From Eukaryota sp. TZLM1-RC (lineage: Eukaryota > Protista > Metamonada: BaSk clade), in NCBI GenBank assembly GCA_040285825.1, contig JAUPSS010000003.1, positions 744,001 through 808,000 of the forward strand: 64,000 nucleotides of DNA. Reading direction: 5' to 3'. Shown piece by piece: positions 33,121-44,794 of the stretch. The notes under the pieces are model-generated. The model had not been told where the DNA came from, ran no database searches, and worked only from the letters and a program-made list of their open reading frames with translations. Position 1 is the first letter of the stretch, and each line of letters starts with the position of its first letter. Both the position numbers and the translations under genes were made by a program.

Positions 33121-36100
33121 ATGGCCAACCCCATTGTCAACTCTCATACTGGCAAGGTTTCCCTCACCAGCCATAAGCCTATCTTCCCACGAGTACCATG
33201 TACAACACCTCTTTCTCCATTCTCCTCCCTTCATTTAGCAATTTCATCTCATTTCTCCAGCATAACTCCTTCCAAAGGAGCTGCCGGGCCCCTTGATGAA
33301 CTCCACCAACTTTGTGTTCCCCCTTTCACTGCTCGTGAGCTTGATCACTTACCTTCTCTCCCTCCATTACCCACAGTTCGGTTCTCCCGTGACCCTGTCA
33401 ATGGTTCAATCATTGGCACTTCAACCACTACTCAATCTGATTCCCTTGACCCCAACTCTTCTTCTTCCATCAATAGAAAATCCTTGCCCCTTCACAAAAG
33501 AGCCAAGGGTTCAGTGGACTCTGTTCCATTTGCCCCTGCTTCCTCCTCTGTTTCTTCATCTTCTCAACCAACCCCAGTTACCCCAACCTCTGATCCTTCC
33601 GTTCTCCTCACCCCTCCCCTTCTCACCACCCTCTCTGGTCTTCCACCAGGTATCGATCAACCAGAAGAAGCCCCAAAGGAATTGGTTAGGCCAATTTCAA
33701 AACTTCAAGCCGTCAACCAGTCCGATCTTCAAGCCACTCTTGATGCAATTAACTATTCTAGAATGGCAGTTGATATTCCAGAGGTTGAATATGATTTTGA
33801 GTTGTTATCTGACAATGCAATTCGATCAAAAACAAAAGATTTAAAGAAAAGTCAAGCAAAGTCAGGGTCACTAATGTTGACTTTGGAAGACCATGACGAG
33901 ATTGATGACGTGGAGATGGAAAAAGTGGGGGAAAGTCAGTCAAAATCAGAAGAATCACAAGGACCAATTGGTTTCTCCAGTATTGATCAAGAATTTGATG
34001 AAATTTTCGAGGACGAGCTCGACCTAATCTCTTCTACATCGGCAACTAGGTCAAAAACCAGGTGGGCTAGCTTTGACCAATCAAATGTTTCTAATTTCAA
34101 TCAATTAATCTCTGCTCCTGCGCTAACCTTTAATTTTGAATTAGATGTGTTTCAAAAAAGGGCCATTCTTAAATTAGAAGAAGGGAAAAATGTTTTTGTT
34201 GCTGCCCATACCAGTGCAGGGAAAACAGTCGTTGCTGAATATGCAATCGCAATGTCCAGAACCGTAGGAGCAAAAGCTATCTACACAAGTCCAATAAAGT
34301 CTTTATCCAATCAGAAATACCGTGACTTTCGGGATAAGTTTGGTGACGTTGGCATAATGACAGGCGACGTGTCTCTTAACCCTACTGCCAGTTGCTTAAT
34401 CATGACGACGGAGATTTTAAGGAATCTTTTGTATAGAGGCGCTGATGTGATTAGAGACGTTTCCTTTGTCATTTTTGATGAATGTCACTACCTTAATGAC
34501 CCTGAAAGAGGTGTCGTTTATGAAGAGTGTCTTATTCTGCTCCCCAGCACTGTTCAGAGTGTTCTTCTTTCTGCAACTGTTCCTAATCTTCTGGAGTTTG
34601 CTGAATGGGTTGGTAGAATTCAAAAGAAGGAAGTTTGTATTAGCACCACTAGTTACCGTCCGGTTCCTCTGCAGTACTTCTTGACTACTGGAACAACAAA
34701 ACCAATAAGAATAATAGATGAAAATGGCAATTTTGATAAGAATTCATTCAAAAAAGCCAAGGAAATTGTTAATTCAAAAGGAAAACTCTCCCCTCAGTGG
34801 GTTCCTTTGATTAACTTCCTGAAGGCTAGCAGTATGTTACCTTGTTTAATATTTTGTTTTTCTAAAAAGGGTTGTGAAAGAGTGGCTGATGAATTGTCTT
34901 GCATTGATTTCCAAATTGATTCGTCTTTTGTTCATTTTTTTATAAAAAGAGCATTAAGTAAAAGAATTTCTCCAATGGATCAAAATTTACCCCAAATTCT
35001 TCGTGTTTCTGACCTTTTGTCTCGTGGCATTGGAGTTCACCATGCAGGATTACTCCCAATACTGAAGGAGATAACAGAAATGCTTTTCCAAAAAGGCTAT
35101 CTCAAAGTCCTCATCTGTACTGAAAGCATGGCCATGGGGGTCAATCTACCTGCAACTAGCGTCATCTTTGCTGGACTGAGAAAACACGATGGGGTCGAGT
35201 TTAGATATCTTTTACCTTCTGAATTCACCCAAATATCTGGGAGGGCTGGCAGAAGAGGGTTAGATTCAGTAGGTAACGTGTTGATGGCGATCTGGGATGA
35301 TCTACCGGATGAACCCACATTAATGTCTATAGTTAAGGGAAAACCTACTCAGTTACACAGTCAGTTTCGGTTAACTTACAATATGATTTTAAAGTTGATG
35401 AGGACAAAGACTTTAAGAATAGAGGAGATGCTCAGGAATTCATTCTCTGAACATCATTTAAGCAAGTTGATACCTTCTTACAAGAAAACTTTGATGAAAA
35501 TGCAATCAAAATTAGATTCGTTACCCCAAATTGATTGTCCTTATGGTTGTAATGAGGTTATTGAAGAATATTATACTTGTAATTATAGAATATCAAATAT
35601 TGACTCAACTATAAGTCAATTAGCTATTGAAAAGGACTCTAGTTTATTAAGACCTGGAGTTTTTGTCCTGGTCAGTCATCGACAGCATTTTGACCTAGGA
35701 CTTGTCTTGACCGTGAGTCAGGGTAACGTGGCACTTTTATTATTTGAATCTAATACTGGAATTAATCCTTATTTAAAGTTTGATTTGAAAAACACAAATT
35801 GCGATAAATTCTCTGAAGTCACTCTTCCACTGAGTTCAGTTGTTCTTATTTCCAGGAATTCCATAACTGTCAACCCTGTCCAAGCTATGAGGAAGCCTTT
35901 AAACCAAAAGGTGTTGAATAATTGGGTCTTAAATACTAGAATTGTGCTTGAATCAAATGAGTTAAAATGGCATGACGGAAAGAGTTTAAAACTTGATTGC
36001 GATCTTGATTATTCTGATTTGATTGCATCACGGGTACAGTTACAATCACGAGCTGAATCTTTATTTTCCCATCAGTGTCCCAGACTTTGCGATGAATTTC

Positions 36101-36777
36101 CTATAGTCTCAACTCAAATGATGTGCAGGCAAAATCTCAAGGAACTGCAAGATCGTCTTTCAGATGCTGCACTCTCTTTGATACCAGACCTTGAAGGACG
36201 CACTCAGATTCTGCAAGCCCTCAACTACATTGATGAAGAACGGAATGTGCTACTTAAGGGAAGAGTGGCTTGTGAATTGAACACTGTTGAAGATTTAATT
36301 ATAACCGAAATGATTTTTGAAAACATTCTTCAAAAATTGTCTCCTCCTGAAGCGGCTTCTCTTCTTTCTCTTTTCATTGCTCCCAAGTCCCGACACCCTC
36401 CATCATTTGAATTACCAGAATCATTGCTCAATGCCAAGAATGAACTACTGAGTACGGCTATACGTCTGGGTACCATTGAAAAGGAATATGGGTTTGATGT
36501 AGATGCAAAAACATTTGTTTCTCAGAAGCTCTCCTGGTCACTAATGGATGTAGTTTACCATTGGGCGAACGGAGAATCCTTTGAGTCTATTGTACAATTC
36601 ACTGACATTCCTGAGGGTACAATAGTTAGATCTATCCTTAGGCTTGATGAAACTTGTAGGGATGTGCGGAATGCAGCTTTTGTTATTGGTGATAGAACAC
36701 TTTCGCTGTTGATGGAAGAGGTGTCAAGAGCCATCAGGAGAGATATAGTATTTGCTGCCAGCTTGTATCTGTCTTGA
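33121..36777 (+). CDS. SKI2: Ski2 DExH RNA helicase (cytoplasmic exosome cofactor)
   Basis: AHTSAGKTVVAEYAI, SPIKSLSNQK, DECHY, SAT, GRAGRRGLD, and DSHCT tail RRDIVFAASLY; long Ski2-type N-terminus. Confidence 0.93.
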   Translation: MANPIVNSHTGKVSLTSHKPIFPRVPCTTPLSPFSSLHLAISSHFSSITPSKGAAGPLDELHQLCVPPFTARELDHLPSLPPLPTVRFSRDPVNGSIIGTSTTTQSDSLDPNSSSSINRKSLPLHKRAKGSVDSVPFAPASSSVSSSSQPTPVTPTSDPSVLLTPPLLTTLSGLPPGIDQPEEAPKELVRPISKLQAVNQSDLQATLDAINYSRMAVDIPEVEYDFELLSDNAIRSKTKDLKKSQAKSGSLMLTLEDHDEIDDVEMEKVGESQSKSEESQGPIGFSSIDQEFDEIFEDELDLISSTSATRSKTRWASFDQSNVSNFNQLISAPALTFNFELDVFQKRAILKLEEGKNVFVAAHTSAGKTVVAEYAIAMSRTVGAKAIYTSPIKSLSNQKYRDFRDKFGDVGIMTGDVSLNPTASCLIMTTEILRNLLYRGADVIRDVSFVIFDECHYLNDPERGVVYEECLILLPSTVQSVLLSATVPNLLEFAEWVGRIQKKEVCISTTSYRPVPLQYFLTTGTTKPIRIIDENGNFDKNSFKKAKEIVNSKGKLSPQWVPLINFLKASSMLPCLIFCFSKKGCERVADELSCIDFQIDSSFVHFFIKRALSKRISPMDQNLPQILRVSDLLSRGIGVHHAGLLPILKEITEMLFQKGYLKVLICTESMAMGVNLPATSVIFAGLRKHDGVEFRYLLPSEFTQISGRAGRRGLDSVGNVLMAIWDDLPDEPTLMSIVKGKPTQLHSQFRLTYNMILKLMRTKTLRIEEMLRNSFSEHHLSKLIPSYKKTLMKMQSKLDSLPQIDCPYGCNEVIEEYYTCNYRISNIDSTISQLAIEKDSSLLRPGVFVLVSHRQHFDLGLVLTVSQGNVALLLFESNTGINPYLKFDLKNTNCDKFSEVTLPLSSVVLISRNSITVNPVQAMRKPLNQKVLNNWVLNTRIVLESNELKWHDGKSLKLDCDLDYSDLIASRVQLQSRAESLFSHQCPRLCDEFPIVSTQMMCRQNLKELQDRLSDAALSLIPDLEGRTQILQALNYIDEERNVLLKGRVACELNTVEDLIITEMIFENILQKLSPPEAASLLSLFIAPKSRHPPSFELPESLLNAKNELLSTAIRLGTIEKEYGFDVDAKTFVSQKLSWSLMDVVYHWANGESFESIVQFTDIPEGTIVRSILRLDETCRDVRNAAFVIGDRTLSLLMEEVSRAIRRDIVFAASLYLS

Positions 36778-37187
36778 ATTGGAATGGTTTGGGTAATGTT
36801 TCTTGATAAACCAATTCTTTAACCAATTCTTTCTAGAGGGAATGAACACCAATCAATAGACTCTAATATATAAAATAGATGAATGAAAAGTAGATAAATA
36901 ATAAATAGTTGGCTGTGCTTTGTAGCGGATTAGTATTGTATTCTGTTGATTAAGTCAACAATCAAAAATAATTTATGACCTAAATTTACCAACATTTATT
37001 TGTTGTACAAATTTCTACTGGAATTAAATATTTGGATAATTCTGGCCTCCGTCTGTCAAGACCTAATATCAATACAAAAGCTAAATTTAATTTGAGTTAC
37101 ATGTAATAAAATGTCAAGACTCTGGGATTTTTTTACATTGGGATTTGTCGATTTGGATTCTATATCAAGACATACTACTCTCTCCTA

Positions 37188-38717
37188 ATGACTCCCAGTC
37201 ATCTCGCCGTTGGTGGTGCTGGTGTTGGTGATGCTGGTGCTGGTGCTTCTGACACCTCTGGAAAGCTCTCTGATTCCTACTTTGCATCTCTTGACCCCAA
37301 CAGTTTACATTCTTTAAATGATGTTGATCCAACTCGTGTTGCTGAATACGCAGAGATCTTTGATAGCTCTTTTGATAATGCTAAGCTCTACGCAGCTAGA
37401 GCCTTACGTTTGCTTCTATCGGATGTTCCAGACAACATTTCACAAGTCTTTAGTGCGATGGTTAATAGTTCAATCATTTACTCTATCTTGGACTATATAA
37501 ACCAGCATACTGCCAATGTTGACTCTGTTAACAATGAAACATGCATCTTTGAGTGTACCTGGGTTCTCACCAACTTGTTTAGCACTGTGTTCTCTGTTGA
37601 TTATATTGATGAAGAAACTTATTATGACGTAATTCAAGCCTTGTGCAATCACATATCTGTCAGTACCAATGTGCAAATTAGGGCGCAAATTATTTGGTGT
37701 ATAAGTAACATTGTTTCTGATGGCATTAGTTATAGACAAGATGCCCTACATTATGGAATTCTTGATTCTGCCATCTCTATCTTTAAACACTTCTTTGATT
37801 TGGAGTGTTGGTCCGAATTGCTCGATGTTTCATTTATCTTTGCTAATCTATGTAGAAACAAACCTCATCCGTCACCTGCGGTTTTGAAACAAATTAAAGA
37901 GGAAATTTTGGAATTGGTTTTTTACCACATCGACAACGACAACTCTGAATTAATCCACAATTCTGAGTCTTTTAAATCTGTGGTGATAGAACTATGCCAT
38001 TGCTTGCTATTCCTTACTGATGAAATAAGCGAAGTAGTTGAATTTTTCAACAAGAAATTCGTAACCACTATTTATTTTATGTTTACTCAATTCGACTTCG
38101 TAAAACCTATTTTAATCAAAGTCTTTGGTAATTTCTTTTCGGGGGATAGCTGGATTAATGATTTTCTAGTGGAAGGTGGTCTTGTTGTTAAGCTTATTGA
38201 AGAATTGGTTGAGATAACTGAAGCTGATAATTCGAAAGTAAATTTAAAATCGCTATTGTGGGTTTTTTCAAATATGTTAGCAGATTCTGCTCACAATATA
38301 GAAATTTGTCTTGATCATCAATTGGATTCTACATTGCTTGGTTTGTTTCATTCCAATCAAGAACTTAGGATCCACAAAGAGTTGCTTTTTTGTTTTATCA
38401 ACATTGTTGAGGTTGGCACGAGTAGCCAAGTATTCAAAGTTGTTAGTGGAGGTCTTTTAGAAGCTTTGATCAACAAAATCAATCATTTTGATGACGCTTC
38501 TTCTTTTGAACTTTCCTTTACCATAATTACTTTTGTAATGCGAAGAAACATTGAATTTTCTACTGAGCAGGTTCAGTCATTGAAAAATATTCTGAGATTT
38601 GGTGAAATTGTCGAGTTTTTCGCAACATTGGAACAGAATTTTATTGAACATCCAATACCAGATGTTGAAACTGTCGTTGAAGAAATATCAACCTTGTATA
38701 ATGAATTAGTTGGTTAG
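37188..38717 (+). CDS. Divergent importin-alpha-like armadillo-repeat protein
   Basis: FECTWVLTN, QIIWCISNIVSD, ANLCRNKP.P and LWVFSNM ARM motifs; no IBB domain visible. Confidence 0.7.
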   Translation: MTPSHLAVGGAGVGDAGAGASDTSGKLSDSYFASLDPNSLHSLNDVDPTRVAEYAEIFDSSFDNAKLYAARALRLLLSDVPDNISQVFSAMVNSSIIYSILDYINQHTANVDSVNNETCIFECTWVLTNLFSTVFSVDYIDEETYYDVIQALCNHISVSTNVQIRAQIIWCISNIVSDGISYRQDALHYGILDSAISIFKHFFDLECWSELLDVSFIFANLCRNKPHPSPAVLKQIKEEILELVFYHIDNDNSELIHNSESFKSVVIELCHCLLFLTDEISEVVEFFNKKFVTTIYFMFTQFDFVKPILIKVFGNFFSGDSWINDFLVEGGLVVKLIEELVEITEADNSKVNLKSLLWVFSNMLADSAHNIEICLDHQLDSTLLGLFHSNQELRIHKELLFCFINIVEVGTSSQVFKVVSGGLLEALINKINHFDDASSFELSFTIITFVMRRNIEFSTEQVQSLKNILRFGEIVEFFATLEQNFIEHPIPDVETVVEEISTLYNELVG

Positions 38718-38857
38718 TTTATCAGAAAATTGTGCATATAAAAAGTAGAAATTTCAATAATAATCGAAAATCACAAAAAACAAAAGATAATAGATACAAA
38801 AAGTTACAAAAACATCAAATGCCCACAGGGTCAGCACCAGTAAGAGAAATTGATTGA

Positions 38858-39573
38858 TCAACTGCTTGAAAACTGTTTTAAAGCTTCATCTACAATGACT
38901 TCTTGTTGCTTAGTGGAGGTAACTTCACCAACCTTTTTTAGAATATTAGCAACAAACAATGTAACTTGACACGAAGGCGAATTAATCCAAATTTTACCAT
39001 TAAGTCCAACAGCAAGTTCAAACGACAGTGACTTTCCTAATTTGGAAACTGGCCCTTCCTTGCTTCGGAGTACCTTCCTACAGAAGGAAATGGGGACATT
39101 CACAAGATAACCTCCTGTGAGATGTCCAAAACCATCAGCTTTTCCTTCAGTGGAAAGGCAAGAGAGTTCAGTTTCAACGTCTGGACCAACAATAGAGGTA
39201 ACCCTGCAGTAGATAAGAGCATTGACCTAAGATAAGAGAATGCAGAAAGACATACAGGAATATCAGGTCGATTCTTCTTTGTGTAACTTTCGAATTCAGT
39301 AAAAGGCAGCATCGCATACTCAGTAGCATCGATATCTACCTTGAAGTTTTCGGATAACCTGTCCACAATGACACCAATGACGAAATCATGAGCAGAAGGT
39401 ATGTACTTTGAAGGGGAAGAGATAAGAACACAGGAATTGCCTTTCATCAAAAACTTTCCAGGTTGTTCAGCGATGATCTTGTCATTGTGAATGCGAAGGC
39501 CGGTTGAAATGGGAGTCTTACCTTCGGGAGGAAGTTGATGTACAGTTTCTCCTGGAAGTACAAAGTCAGGCAT
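38858..39573 (-). CDS. RRP40: Exosome subunit RRP40/EXOSC3, 2 exons
   Basis: FVLPGE, YIP...DFVIG, FKVDI, FE..TKKNRP, AVGLNGKIWI. A 29-nt intron at 39227-39255 joins the two ORFs. Confidence 0.92.
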
Positions 39574-40451
39574 ATGTTGAGAGTACAAAGTGTCAAAGTG
39601 ATTTTCCAATTTACACACTTTTTTCTTTGCTTTGTATTAATTCCATGGAAAGAGCTGGAATCAAAATGTGCAGAACAGAGACAAATCACCATTTAGGACA
39701 AAAACAACAGACACGACATAACCAAATTGAAATTGATCTTGACGTAGGAATTCCGTCTGTTCAAGACCAACGAAGTGGTTTCAAGAAGGTTATTCTGTTG
39801 AAGGGTACAAAAAAGTAGATAAGATAATATATACTTCAGTATTGTGTTGTTTCTTTCAAGCCATAGTAATATTCAGCTTCAAAACACCTCCTAGTTTTGA
39901 AGCTGTAAACAACAATAGCTTTACACGCATTTACCGCTTGCTGTTCACGGAAATATGTCTTTTAAAATTTCTGTCAATTACAATCTGACCCAATCACATA
40001 TTCACGTTTCAACTTTATTTGATGACGTAATAGCCAATTATTCAAACTAATTACAAGAACACTTTGATGTGCATCTTTTCAGAGTTTTCAACAATTTAAC
40101 AGAAAGAAGATCAAATGTTGATCAAATGGCCAAAGGTTCTGAAGAACATCACTACCTCATTTTAACATTGTAGTTATCAACGTTTCTTGATAATTAGTAG
40201 TAAATGCAATAAGCATAATTTTGAAAGATTTTTAATCGAAAAGTTGAATCTGTTCCACTGACGAATTTTATCTTATATCTTCAAAAATACCGGAATTAAA
40301 AAGTACCAGAAAAGGAATTAATTATTTATCAAAAAGTTAATCGCAAATCTAAAATCACCCCGACATCTATCGACAATTCGTAATGAATCAACCTGCAAAA
40401 TATTACTAATGCTATTCATTTAAACTTAGTAATTTGCTGGCCTCATTTCCA

Positions 40452-40868
40452 ATGTCCCAGACCCTCCTCTGGATTACACTATTAGCATTCTTTGTCTATC
40501 ACTTGTATTTCGTTCACATGATACGAACGAAGCTACAAAAATTGGAAACGATTGGTGAACCAAATAGACCAATACTAAGAACTCCTGTGAGTGAAATAGG
40601 TTCTCCTATCTTTCTGCTCAGTCCATCTACGCCTTCTAGAAAATTTCCCAAGCCACCACGAACTTCAGTTGAGGAAATATTCCCACAATCCACTGTGATT
40701 TCTGAGAAGTGTGTTTCTTGTAATAATGGTATTTCAAATGTTACATTGATACCGTGTAGACATCGAGTATATTGTTGGTTTTGTATTGACAGCGTGGTTG
40801 AGCTAAGTAATGGTTGTCCAATAAGTTTCTGCAGACAAAGAGTTGCAAGTTTCAAGGTTGATCCATGA
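40452..40868 (+). CDS. Small membrane-anchored RING-finger protein
   Basis: N-terminal hydrophobic helix; CVSC...PCRHRVYCWFC...CPISFCR. Confidence 0.75.
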   Translation: MSQTLLWITLLAFFVYHLYFVHMIRTKLQKLETIGEPNRPILRTPVSEIGSPIFLLSPSTPSRKFPKPPRTSVEEIFPQSTVISEKCVSCNNGISNVTLIPCRHRVYCWFCIDSVVELSNGCPISFCRQRVASFKVDP

Positions 40869-41279
40869 AGTTCTTTTGAATAATTGTCCGAATCTCTGTA
40901 GCAGGTTTACCAAACATATAAAGGTCGTTAAAAGTCAAGTTCATGCTGTCAAGGGGATTCAGCTCCACAAATTTAACATTTTTTGCTGTAGTGATCACAT
41001 AAGGAGAATTTTTGTATCAATAATTTAATTTTAACACAATAGTAGAATTCTATCTGTAAAGTGACTTTAGTATTAATTTATTTGGTATTGATATTACTTG
41101 AGCAATAACTCGTAACCATCCATACATTTTCTCCATGTTCTGGCACTTGTCTTAAACGTCATTCTTTTACTCTGGCTCCAGACTCACTCCTAAATACAAA
41201 AAAACCAATTAAGCACTACTGAAAATGTCTCTGATATTTATTTTTCGGTATTCAGACAATCTCTTGTCAATTTGATATG

Positions 41280-41900
41280 AATAACCAACCTTTTTTGCCT
41301 GATTGCTTTTCAATTCTAATATTCAAGTCACTCAAGAAGGTCTTATAGCTGAACCTGTGGAAGACTATGATGAGGAAGATGAAGATGATGATTCAGACCA
41401 ATGATCCTTCAATTCACTCCAGCCAAATATTGGCAGTGACCCAATAGTTACGATTTCATGTGGTGTTACCTCAACTCAGAAACACATAAATGAGTCTAAC
41501 GTTTATTATCATTTGTTTCATTGGAATGAAAATTCTTTTATTACATCAAGTTCAACAACAGAACACAGAACAGATGAATTGCAGATAATAATTTCGTTAT
41601 TCAATTGCTTATCATCAACTCAACCTGATGTTATTGTTGGATTCAATTCAACCTTATTTGATCTACCGTCAATATATGCACGGTTAGAAATATTAGGTTC
41701 AGGTGTTGCAAATTTCGAAACAAACAAATTGAAAGGGCATTATCTTACCCATTATGATAAGAAGTTTAATGGTCCAAATATGTTCGATCTTTTTACTGTT
41801 ATTCAGGATAAATTTCTAAAATCATAGGTGGGAACAATTTAAATAATTTTTGGGCAAAAAAATACAGTAATTCCAGCTGATAAACATAAGTTAACTGAAA
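41280..41900 (+). pseudogene. PolB-type 3'-5' exonuclease domain (Exo-Fanzor locus 3)
   Basis: SDPIVTISC, DELQIIISLF...PDVIVGFNSTLFDLPSIYARL (ExoII), FDLFTVIQ. Confidence 0.78.
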
Positions 41901-42119
41901 ACTTTTCTTATGATTCGGCCTCACGAATCTCCAAATGCGAATTTGAGGTTCCTTCCCCCAAAAAAATAGACCAATTCTTCCAAAACTCAATTAAATCACA
42001 ACATAGAGAACAACATAATCAATTCAATTCAAAAGAAGAAACCTGTTTGGTAAAAATTATTTCACAAAACAACAAAAGTCTAGGGATGTTTATTGAAGTG
42101 ACGACTCAATGGAAAAATT

Positions 42120-43272
42120 AGCATCTTTAATTCTAAAAGATTAGTTGCAGCAGATCCAAATGAATATGATATGATTCATGCTGTTTCAAAAAAATTAAAC
42201 CAAGCTGATTGCTACACAAAACTTTCAATTGATAAAGATGAAGTTGAGCAGAATGAGGAAACAAACCACAGAAAAAGTGCAAAAAAGAAGACATTCCTAA
42301 TATTGACTCCTTTTTTACTCAAGGTGAACGAAATTGTTCGCTAGGTTTTTTAAAAAATCGGAAAGATGCAAAGAAACGGCAAGATGAATACTTCTTCCAC
42401 GGCAATACGGAAAGTCATAGCGGGAAAATGAGGAAACAATCAAAATCAACCATTTTAGAGGAATTTTGTGAGTAATTTAATGCAAAATCAATGTTATAAT
42501 CAAAACTTGGAATTTTATAACCAAGAACAATATCGAAAACAAAGGTTTTCTCACCACATCCTCTTAACAAAAAGGTAACATGAAGCTCATCCGGAAAATT
42601 AACCAAAAATTTGTCAAACCTGGGGACTACATCTAGTGATCACTAGTGACTGGGACTAAAGAATCAGGTTTGGAAAGTAAACAAAAGTACCCATCTGAAG
42701 GTACAACACAATATAAGAAAAGTATTGACACAAACCAATTACCCTGTTTAGTTTATGAGGCATTTACTTCAAAAAGATGTCATAAATGTAGAAAATCAGA
42801 CGGGAGATTCATGTAAGAAAGAAGAATTGGAAGTTACATATAGATTAAAATAATGGAAAAAAGGCAAAAAAGAAAGCAAAAGTAAAAGAGAAATTAGAGG
42901 AAGCAATGAAATCAAGAGAAGGCTTAGTCATAGAAATGAGTAAGAATGAACCAAGACGTCAAGCAAAAGCATTAGAAAGTGTAACCAACAAGAGGATAAG
43001 AAAATGAATTTCAAAGGCTCTTGGAAAACGATGAATTGGGCAACTATAAAGTTCGTCAAGTAGTTCCATGGGGTCTGAGGCAGTGTAATCAATGCAAAAC
43101 GATGTGGAATCGAGATACTAATTATGCTCTAAATATTCTGATGTTGGCTGAAGACATTCTGGATGGAAGAGAGAGATCAGAGGTGTTGAGGAGACAACAG
43201 TCTCAAACAAATGTAATTGAACCCCCTGATGCAAGCCTGAAGAACCAAACCTCAATACATTATCACGAGTAG
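42120..43272 (+). pseudogene. Fanzor1 nuclease remnant (locus 3), heavily degenerate
   Basis: LVAADPNEYDM (RuvC-I), VITSDWD, YEAFTSKRCHKC (RuvC-II plus zinc finger), GLRQCNQCKTMWNRDTNYALNI (RuvC-III). Confidence 0.8.
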
Positions 43273-43320
43273 CGAAAGCGAAAGTATAGTTTTGAAGTAA
43301 CTATCAAACAGAGGGTATCA
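43220..43320 (+). ncRNA. Candidate Fanzor omegaRNA (locus 3)
   Basis: Enclosing stem ACCCCCTG/CAGAGGGT, GC-GAAA-GC tetraloop, and hairpin ATAGTT-N7-AACTAT at the Fanzor 3' end. Confidence 0.3.
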
Positions 43321-43364
43321 AAAAAGTATTTGGTACACCTATTCAATTGCTCTCGTTGGTCAGA

Positions 43365-43742
43365 ATGGGTAAACTTCTTTCTTCATTAGTCTGTGCAATC
43401 GTTGGTGCACTTGGACTCATCGCTGTGTTCTATGCCGCAGTTACTTGGCGTGAATACGGCCTTCTTCTCATTCTTGCCTTTGGTGTTCTCTCTCCTTTGG
43501 CTGAACTAGTGACCAAGGCTGATGACTCTTTCGGTGAACCTGACGGTTTTGTCATAATGGGCAAATTCGTCACCGCTGCCCTTGCCACCAGTGGATTTTG
43601 CCTCCCTATCCTTCTTTTCCACATAGAAAAGATAGAGGGTTTGCCATTAGCAATTGGATTAGTTGGTGCCTTCTTGTTTTATTCATCCATCTTCCTCTTT
43701 GTTGAAAAGTTCGCCCCAGATGGGGATAAGTTTTCGTTTTAA
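43365..43742 (+). CDS. VPS55: Vps55/LEPROT-family endosomal membrane protein
   Basis: Four hydrophobic segments; LSPL, GKFVT..L..SGF.LPILLFH...I. Confidence 0.82.
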   Translation: MGKLLSSLVCAIVGALGLIAVFYAAVTWREYGLLLILAFGVLSPLAELVTKADDSFGEPDGFVIMGKFVTAALATSGFCLPILLFHIEKIEGLPLAIGLVGAFLFYSSIFLFVEKFAPDGDKFSF

Positions 43743-43865
43743 TGTCTCATTTGTATGCAGTGTTTAGTTGAATGTATATACAGTGTTTCTTTTACAGATT
43801 TGTTAATTCAGACTACAACATTTATTAATAAATTCGTGATGATATATACTTATAAATCGATATTA

Positions 43866-44765
43866 TCAAAGACCATAATCAAGACCACTAAAATCCATCT
43901 TTCTTGGTGCATCCAGGTCTCGGTATGTTAGCACCTCTTTCCTCGACCTCGGGTCTGGCTCATACCTACGAGGAGGGGTTCTGGGTGGAGAAGGAGTGGG
44001 ATCACGTGGACTTTGGGGCTTCTCTCTTGAAGGATCAGTGTAAAAGTGATTGAAAAAATCATCTTGAACATATTCTTCGATAGCTTTCTTTTCAACTTCA
44101 ACAAGTTCTTCATGCTTTGTTCTGAAATGTTTCTCCATGAATTGCATCCCCTTGAACAGTTTCCTACACTCAACCACGCCACATCTGACTTTGGTTGTTT
44201 CTGGTTGACCTTCCTCGATGGCTGGTTCCTTGACAATTGTAGACTTTTGGTCAACAATTTTCTGAGCTGCCACATCATCAACGAGCTTCCCTTCTTTTTC
44301 TATCGGATGGTATTTCTTTCTAAATTCTGGATTGTCTTTATGAAGGGTAAAATATTCTCTTGCCCAATGTTCGTCAAAGTTGGCTCGGTATTCTTCGTAT
44401 CGTTGCTGAAGAACACTAGCAGAAGCAGAAGGTTGGGTTCGACAGTATTGTTTAAAAGACATAGGACGGTCACGGTCTCGTTCAGGAGAGAATGAGCGTC
44501 GGAAAGAGCGGTCACGGTCATCATAACGCCGCCGCCTACGAGGTGGGGAAGAAGAAGAATGACGAGCGTGACGTCTCCGGTCTATTTTTTCAGGAGAATG
44601 AGAGTAGTAAGGTCTAGAATAGCGGTCGGGTGACCTGGGGAGTGGAGACGGAGTGCGATAAGGTGGAGTTTTGGGACGTGAAGTTCTGGGAGGAGAGGGA
44701 GGAATAACAACAGGAGCAGGAGGAGCCTGAGTCGAAGTAAGCGAAGGGGAAGACGACTCTGTCAT
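43866..44765 (-). CDS. SRRT: Compact SERRATE/ARS2-like protein
   Basis: RS/P-rich N-terminus, MSFKQY...YEEYR...YF..HK..PEFRKKYHP, C2H2 CGVVECRKLFKG..F..KH...KH, and terminal YRDLDAP. Confidence 0.85.
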   Translation of the reverse strand: MTESSSPSLTSTQAPPAPVVIPPSPPRTSRPKTPPYRTPSPLPRSPDRYSRPYYSHSPEKIDRRRHARHSSSSPPRRRRRYDDRDRSFRRSFSPERDRDRPMSFKQYCRTQPSASASVLQQRYEEYRANFDEHWAREYFTLHKDNPEFRKKYHPIEKEGKLVDDVAAQKIVDQKSTIVKEPAIEEGQPETTKVRCGVVECRKLFKGMQFMEKHFRTKHEELVEVEKKAIEEYVQDDFFNHFYTDPSREKPQSPRDPTPSPPRTPPRRYEPDPRSRKEVLTYRDLDAPRKMDFSGLDYGL

Positions 44766-44794
44766 TCTTATAGATATTGTCTATAACAATGCAA

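Noticed and set aside
37050-37175. Three TCAAGAC motifs upstream of the importin-like gene
   Set aside because: Short and irregularly spaced; insufficient support for a regulatory call.
33121-39573. Functional cluster of RNA-decay/processing genes (SKI2 near RRP40)
   Set aside because: Proximity in a gene-dense genome is plausible by chance; no shared regulatory motif was seen.
41513-41827. Host replicative DNA polymerase delta gene
   Set aside because: Only exonuclease motifs are present, degenerate and in four copies, always next to Fanzor; no polymerase motifs were seen in the window.
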